A stretch of 36,800 bases of DNA. Origin: an uncultured Alphaproteobacteria bacterium. GTDB lineage: Bacteria; Pseudomonadota; Alphaproteobacteria; Rs-D84; CASDRH01. Below the pieces are notes generated by a model, which saw only the letters and a program-made list of their open reading frames with translations, did not search any database and had not been told where the DNA came from. The DNA is taken from assembly GCA_963541805.1 (NCBI GenBank), contig CAUTVF010000002.1:1-36800 (forward strand). The letters are read 5' to 3'. Below, in pieces: positions 31,510 through 36,800 of this stretch. Both the position numbers and the translations under genes were made by a program. The first letter of the stretch is position 1; the number at the start of each line of letters is the position of its first letter.

Positions 31510-33915
31510 TTAAAAAGCAAATGAGATTTTAATTCGATTTAAAATATCACTTAAAAAATCAATTTTTGAATATTTCTTATTTGAAGCAAGTTCAACCAGA
31601 TTAATCATTTTATCAAATTCAAAAGTTTCATCATTATATGCATTTTTAAATATGTTTTCAATTTTAACAAATAAGTTTGTTAAAACTAAATCTTTATTTC
31701 CGCTTTTTATGAAGTCATTATGATATCGATTAAAATCTGCTTTTGTATGGATTTTACAAAGCAACTTAAGATTTCTAAGTATTTTTAAATCATATTTTAA
31801 AATTTCTTTTATTAAATCTAAATCATTTGCAATTGTTAAATCAGTCAAATTATAAATTAAATCACATTCTAAATTTGATAAATTTTCAATAAAATTAGTT
31901 TCTTTTACTGATTTCGAAATAAATTGAAATGGCTTAGATTCAAGCATAATTGGAGTTTTTTCAAAATTTGATTTAACAAAATAATCAAATGATTTTTTAT
32001 AATTAACAAATAACAGATTCTTAAAAATCTCATTTTTTATTTTAAATTTGCCAATTTCGGAGATTTCAACTTCTCCATAATTATTTGTTTTAGTTAAAAT
32101 TGGATATTTTGCCTCAATATATGAATTTCTAATACTGTCATAATCAATTGGATCATATCTTTTTGTGCATTTTACATAGTATATAATCTTACTAACTTTG
32201 CGAGATCTTCTGAGCATTTGAACACTTTGGATTGGATCAACTGAATTTCCACAATCATAGTGAAAGTGATAATCAATCAAATTCATATTTGAAATACCGA
32301 CCGTAATTGTTGGACTATATAGTAAAACATCAAAATAATCTTGTTCCAGTAATTCAAGTAAACTCAAATAAAAATCTCTTAATAAATTTGGCGTTTTTGC
32401 AGTTATTGTAATGACTCGGAGTCCTTGGCTTTTAAGAAACTTTTCAATTATTTCAAGTGTTTTTAAAGCAGTCACGGAGACTGAACATTTTGATTTACTT
32501 GAAATTGCACTCAAATAATAAAAAAAGGTATTAGAATCTGGAGCTTCAAATAAATCCGCAGAGTCTTTTTTAACATTAATAACATTTAACTTATTTGGAT
32601 TTTGGATTAAATTAATGCTATAACTATTTAAAAAAGCATCGGCAATAATAAGTCTTTTTTGAAATGATTTATAAACAAACTCCAAATTATTCAGCTTATT
32701 TGTCAAATTATCAACCGAATGATTCATTAAACTAACAAATTCATCAATTATGACAACATCAAAATTATTGATATCATATTTAAAAAGACTATCATATTGA
32801 CATATTAGTGAATCTCCGATTTCATAATTAAAATCAGAGTATAGTTTTATATTAAATTTTGTATGATAATCAAATGCTATTGACCTTCTATTAGTGACTA
32901 TTAAAACTCGTAAATCTGAATCAAATGATTTTTCAATTATTTTTTTAATTAATAATGTTTTACCTGATCCCATAAAACTTTTAAGAGTTAAAACACCGGA
33001 TTTTTTAAATAGAAATTTTTCAATCAATTCTTTATGTTCATTTCCAGAAAAATCCATTGTATCAACTTCAAGACCTTCGTAATCTGAAAATATACTTGAA
33101 ATATCATAATTTTGAAAAAATTGCTTTTTAATAAAATTCCAAATATTTAATGAATTCAGCCTATTTTTATGATTCATAATATATGGATTATCATAATACC
33201 ATATATAATTTGAATCTCCATTGAATTCATATTTTATATAATTATCACCAAATTCATAAGCAATATATCCAAGATTTTTAAAAGTTTCTTGGCACATATC
33301 AATTGTATTTTTAGATATTAATTTAAATTGAATATCGGGTGATTCTGTTAATTCATATATTTTTATATTTGATTTAGGGTATTTTTTTCCAGACTCATTA
33401 TTGAATAGTATTTCCGACTTATTAATTGCAGCCGTAAAATAAGAATATCTGAGGACATCTTCATTATAATATCCTGAATTTTTTAAATCAAATTGAATCT
33501 TTGCTTGGATTTGTTTTGCTTCCTTTAGATTGCAAGATTCAATAAATAAAATACCTTTTATATTGAAGTTATCAATACCGTTGAAGCTCCTAGATTCTCC
33601 AATGATACATTTAAAATCTTTGAAATATTCAATAATTGAATTAAGATTATTTTTTGATGTAATATCAAAATCTAATAAAATATATTCAAAAGTTTGAGTG
33701 CTAAATGGCTCTAATTCTTTCTTTTTTCTATAAGTTTTAATTGGATTTTTAATATTTAGCGGAATATTAAGAATAAAATGATTTACAAGAAACTGAAATG
33801 CTTGTAAATTAGAATCAACAATAACATTTTTAAAAATAAAGGAGAAGTCCTCAAAATTGCTTTGAGGGTATTTTAAATCCGTATTTTTTACATCAAAATA
33901 TGTTATTGTTGTCAT
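31510..33915 (-). CDS. SF2-type helicase with a ~300-aa unassigned N-terminal region
   Basis: Walker A MGSGKTLL, Walker B VVIIDEFVS, motif V-like SPTITVGIS, motif VI-like QMLRRSRK. Confidence 0.75.
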   Translation of the reverse strand: MTTITYFDVKNTDLKYPQSNFEDFSFIFKNVIVDSNLQAFQFLVNHFILNIPLNIKNPIKTYRKKKELEPFSTQTFEYILLDFDITSKNNLNSIIEYFKDFKCIIGESRSFNGIDNFNIKGILFIESCNLKEAKQIQAKIQFDLKNSGYYNEDVLRYSYFTAAINKSEILFNNESGKKYPKSNIKIYELTESPDIQFKLISKNTIDMCQETFKNLGYIAYEFGDNYIKYEFNGDSNYIWYYDNPYIMNHKNRLNSLNIWNFIKKQFFQNYDISSIFSDYEGLEVDTMDFSGNEHKELIEKFLFKKSGVLTLKSFMGSGKTLLIKKIIEKSFDSDLRVLIVTNRRSIAFDYHTKFNIKLYSDFNYEIGDSLICQYDSLFKYDINNFDVVIIDEFVSLMNHSVDNLTNKLNNLEFVYKSFQKRLIIADAFLNSYSINLIQNPNKLNVINVKKDSADLFEAPDSNTFFYYLSAISSKSKCSVSVTALKTLEIIEKFLKSQGLRVITITAKTPNLLRDFYLSLLELLEQDYFDVLLYSPTITVGISNMNLIDYHFHYDCGNSVDPIQSVQMLRRSRKVSKIIYYVKCTKRYDPIDYDSIRNSYIEAKYPILTKTNNYGEVEISEIGKFKIKNEIFKNLLFVNYKKSFDYFVKSNFEKTPIMLESKPFQFISKSVKETNFIENLSNLECDLIYNLTDLTIANDLDLIKEILKYDLKILRNLKLLCKIHTKADFNRYHNDFIKSGNKDLVLTNLFVKIENIFKNAYNDETFEFDKMINLVELASNKKYSKIDFLSDILNRIKISFAF

Positions 33916-34100
33916 TTGAATATTATATTATAATTTAGTTTAAGTATTTAAAAAATCAAAATTCAAGCCTTCGGCTAAATTTTTGTATATATAAATTTAT
34001 ATATACAAACAAAAAATTTTTATAATTGGCTCAAAAAATACGAACGCAAGCCTACGGCTAAAATTTTGATATTAAATAAAAAAATTATATAGTTTTAGAA

Positions 34101-34823
34101 TTATTTTAAATAACTTTTAAATTCGGCAATGTTAGACTCAAGCAATTTTGAATCAATTTTTAAATTTTTAAAAAAGACATCATACATTAAAGTCTTTGGC
34201 TTTGTCGGAGATTCAAAAACTTTTGAATTCTCAAGTGTTGAAATAATTGGATAACTTGTATCCAATGAATAAATTTTACTAAAATCAAAATCTTTTATTT
34301 CGTCTGGATATTTGAGCCCCAAAATATGAATTTTATGTTTCGGATTTATCATTTTTAGAAATTGATTTCTCGTTATGAAATTAAATGCAGAATCACAAAA
34401 TGGAATTCCGATAATATCACCTAAATCAAGAATCTTATCAAATTCTAAAAAGCAATACAATAATTCATCGATCGTTTTACCGTGAACAACTGCCATTATT
34501 TTACCATTTACTAAATTTTTAAAATTTTTAACTGCATCGATTGTTACTTTTGCATCATTATAAAAATCCGGAGCAATTGTTATCAAATTATCATTTTTGA
34601 GCGATTCCGATAATTCTAAAAATTTTTCAAAATCATAATCAATATTTCTTGAGTGCCTCTCATATAATGAATTATCCAAATAAACAATTCTGCCAAGATC
34701 TAACGATTCCTTATAAAAATTGTAAATACAATCACTGTTAAAAATATCTAAAAAATAATCAAAATCATTAAAGTCTCTTGATTTTTTTAGCAATTTCTTT
34801 GGAACTTCAAATGATACTTTCAT
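34101..34823 (-). CDS. TGT-fold protein, DpdA-like candidate DNA 7-deazaguanine transglycosylase
   Basis: Five colinear blocks resemble tRNA-guanine transglycosylase: YLDNSLY (DSGGFQ), MAVVHGKT (IVQGG), IGIPFCDS (AIGGLSVGE), HILGLKYPDEI (LMGVGTPEDL), SLDTSYPI (MFDCVMPTR). No zinc Cys cluster is present. Confidence 0.55.
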   Translation of the reverse strand: MKVSFEVPKKLLKKSRDFNDFDYFLDIFNSDCIYNFYKESLDLGRIVYLDNSLYERHSRNIDYDFEKFLELSESLKNDNLITIAPDFYNDAKVTIDAVKNFKNLVNGKIMAVVHGKTIDELLYCFLEFDKILDLGDIIGIPFCDSAFNFITRNQFLKMINPKHKIHILGLKYPDEIKDFDFSKIYSLDTSYPIISTLENSKVFESPTKPKTLMYDVFFKNLKIDSKLLESNIAEFKSYLK

Positions 34824-34859
34824 ACTCTTTCATACACCTTTTTAGAATTATTTAGTAAA

Positions 34860-35396
34860 TTAATGATTGATATAAGTTAAGATTTCAGAAACTCTGTCAT
34901 TTATATCAATTGATTCCAATTTATGATATCTAATTTTAGTAATTTCAAAAAATTCGCGAATTAATGAATCTATTTCTCTTTGAAAATCTACATTAGAACT
35001 GCGCAATTTTGTAGATTCTAAATTAAACATAATTGGGAAGTAAATCATTTTAAAATCCTTTAAATCACTACATAAATCAATTGATAAATTAGATATTAAT
35101 TTATAACGAGTATCTCCGTATTTCATATATTGATATTTTGAATATGCATATATATCAGAAAAACTTCTGCTACTAATTAAATCAATATCCGAAATATATT
35201 TTTGAAAACAATATAAACTAAATTCTGTTTGAAATTTTTTTAATTTTGAAGGATCCTTGAAATCAGATTCTGATTTTGCAAATTTACTCGTTACAGAGTC
35301 CATTTGCACATATGATTCAAATTGTTTTAATTTAATTAATTCATAATTAACTGTTGATTTTCCGGTTCCGTGAGCGCCGGTTAAAAATATTTTCAT
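34860..35396 (-). CDS. P-loop NTPase/kinase (AAA_28, NadR-kinase-like)
   Basis: Walker A LTGAHGTGKST at the N-terminus. Size and spacing match small nucleoside/nucleotide kinases. Walker B-like MIYFP. Confidence 0.6.
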   Translation of the reverse strand: MKIFLTGAHGTGKSTVNYELIKLKQFESYVQMDSVTSKFAKSESDFKDPSKLKKFQTEFSLYCFQKYISDIDLISSRSFSDIYAYSKYQYMKYGDTRYKLISNLSIDLCSDLKDFKMIYFPIMFNLESTKLRSSNVDFQREIDSLIREFFEITKIRYHKLESIDINDRVSEILTYINH

Positions 35397-35408
35397 TTTG
35401 ACTCCAAA

Positions 35409-36065
35409 TTAAGCATCATAAATTGTAGGGTCTGGAATTCCGGAATCTCTAAATGCTTCTTTGCGCTCGACGCAAGTTCCGCATTTTCCGCAATGAAAAT
35501 CACCGCCTTTATAGCAGCTATATGTCAATGAATAATCCACTTTTAATTTAGATCCAAGTCTAACAATATCAGTTTTATTAATATTACAAAATGGGCTGGC
35601 TACTTTGATATGTTTATTTGTTCCAACTTTTATTGCTTTTTTCATACTTGAAATGAATTCGCGCGTTGTATCTGGATAACAAAAATGATCACCGCTGTGA
35701 TTCCCCAATATAATTACATCGCAATCTTTGCTCTCCGCAAAACCTGCTGCAATTGAAATCATAATTCCATTTCTAAATGGAACAACTGTCGATTTCATAT
35801 TTTCTGCGGCATAATGTCCCTCAGGAATTTCACCTTGATCCTTTAACAAATCTGATTTAAAATAATCGTGAATAAAATCTAAATTAATACAAGTATTTTT
35901 AATTCCTAATTTTTCACAAGTTTTTAATGCATAACTATGTTCAATTTCATTGTGTTTTGATCCATATATAAAACTAAGTGTTTCGACATTTTTATATTTC
36001 TTAAGTGCCCAATATACCGCAGTAGTTGAATCGAGTCCTCCGCTAAAAATTACAAGTGCCTTCAT
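35409..36065 (-). CDS. queC: 7-cyano-7-deazaguanine synthase QueC
   Basis: PP-loop VIFSGGLDSTT and C-terminal zinc motif SCY..HCGKCGTCVERKEAF. Length 218 aa. Confidence 0.9.
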   Translation of the reverse strand: MKALVIFSGGLDSTTAVYWALKKYKNVETLSFIYGSKHNEIEHSYALKTCEKLGIKNTCINLDFIHDYFKSDLLKDQGEIPEGHYAAENMKSTVVPFRNGIMISIAAGFAESKDCDVIILGNHSGDHFCYPDTTREFISSMKKAIKVGTNKHIKVASPFCNINKTDIVRLGSKLKVDYSLTYSCYKGGDFHCGKCGTCVERKEAFRDSGIPDPTIYDA

Positions 36066-36088
36066 TTAAAATCTCCAATCTTTAATTA

Positions 36089-36800
36089 TTATTTTGAATT
36101 AACTTTTTTAATACCATACAAATATTCACCAATTGCATTATAGAATTCGGAATTATTATGAACAACGCGAATAAATCCGTCATCACTATTGGCAAATAGA
36201 TAACTTCCGCCACCTAAGATAATTAAGAAATCTATTTTATCAATAATATTACCATATTTTTCGTTAATTATTTTTAAAATTTCTTTTAAATAATTTGCTT
36301 TAATTTCTTTAATTTCGGCAGTATAATCAGTTTTAGATCCTCGAAGTTTATAAATACCGGTATTTAAAACTTCTTTTGCTTCTTGCAAACTTAGATTTTT
36401 ATTGTGTTTTTCTTTTATTAATTTTGCAACATCAGTTGCGATTTTCATAATTCCAGAATGTTCAATACCTTGAAATAAGTTTGGATCCGTTAGTCCATCA
36501 TTTACAAGCAACAAATCAATTGTATTAAATCCAATATCACAAACAACAAAAGAGCTTGATCCAAGAAATTCTGTTTGCTGATTTGGAAATTTATTTCCAT
36601 ATTTGTCGACAGCTAATTTTGCTCCTGCTCCTTGAGGTAAAACAATTATATTATTTTTAAATTCATTTCCATTTACAGTATATGACTCAATTGCGTTTTG
36701 AAAATATCCTGAATTTTGAATTTGAGCAATTGAAAGACCCGTTACTATTAGACTTACATCACTATTTGCAATATTACAATCTCTCAAAGATTTTTGAATC
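36089..36800 (-). CDS. ParM-like actin-family ATPase (5' end lies beyond the window edge)
   Basis: Colinear with R1 ParM: LPQGAGA vs PESIPAG; VVCDIGFNTIDLL vs LIIDLGGTTLDI; FLIILGGGSYLF vs HVMVIGGGAELI; NSEFYNAIGEYLYG vs NSQYDLVNGMYLIG. The frame is open to position 36800. Confidence 0.75.
   Translation of the reverse strand, partial: IQKSLRDCNIANSDVSLIVTGLSIAQIQNSGYFQNAIESYTVNGNEFKNNIIVLPQGAGAKLAVDKYGNKFPNQQTEFLGSSSFVVCDIGFNTIDLLLVNDGLTDPNLFQGIEHSGIMKIATDVAKLIKEKHNKNLSLQEAKEVLNTGIYKLRGSKTDYTAEIKEIKANYLKEILKIINEKYGNIIDKIDFLIILGGGSYLFANSDDGFIRVVHNNSEFYNAIGEYLYGIKKVNSK

Overview
This is a very AT-rich window (roughly 25-30% G+C by eye, not computed) of a T4-type myovirus genome, with genes mostly on the minus strand. 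No homology search was run, so all calls rest on motifs read in the ORF translations. Gene content and composition resemble the T4-like Campylobacter myoviruses, but that is inference only.

Recognisable genes:
- Virion genes: a gp23/gp24-family capsid protein; a gp18-type tail sheath apparently split into an N-terminal piece (fused to Ig-like repeats) and a main body, with two small Ig-like ORFs between them; a gp19 tail tube; a gp5-like spike; a possible gp27-like hub; and a gp6-like baseplate wedge operon.
- Replication and nucleic-acid genes: a family-B DNA polymerase encoded as two fragments 22 kb apart and in permuted order; two tandem radical-SAM genes; a ligase-like protein fused to an HxGH-type nucleotidyltransferase-like domain; and an SF2-type helicase.
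- Other: a membrane-anchored lytic transglycosylase preceded by three unannotated micro-ORFs; a frameshifted CE4 deacetylase; and a QueC / P-loop / TGT-fold (DpdA-like) 7-deazaguanine module next to a ParM-like actin ATPase that is cut by the right edge.

The most striking unexplained structure is non-coding. Almost every operon boundary carries a modular AT-rich cassette built from recurring elements:
- a 34-nt motif always oriented toward the next gene start;
- a near-identical promoter and leader shared by three operons, including both polymerase-fragment operons;
- a ~65-70-nt core palindrome (145-170 nt with its flanking arms);
- a 16-nt palindrome, TTACATTTAAATGTAA;
- GC-containing mini-hairpins whose stems covary.

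Several coding anomalies are flagged as either biology or assembly error: an in-frame TAG between two structural ORFs and two homopolymer frameshifts. No tRNA, rRNA, CRISPR array, intein or transposase was recognised.
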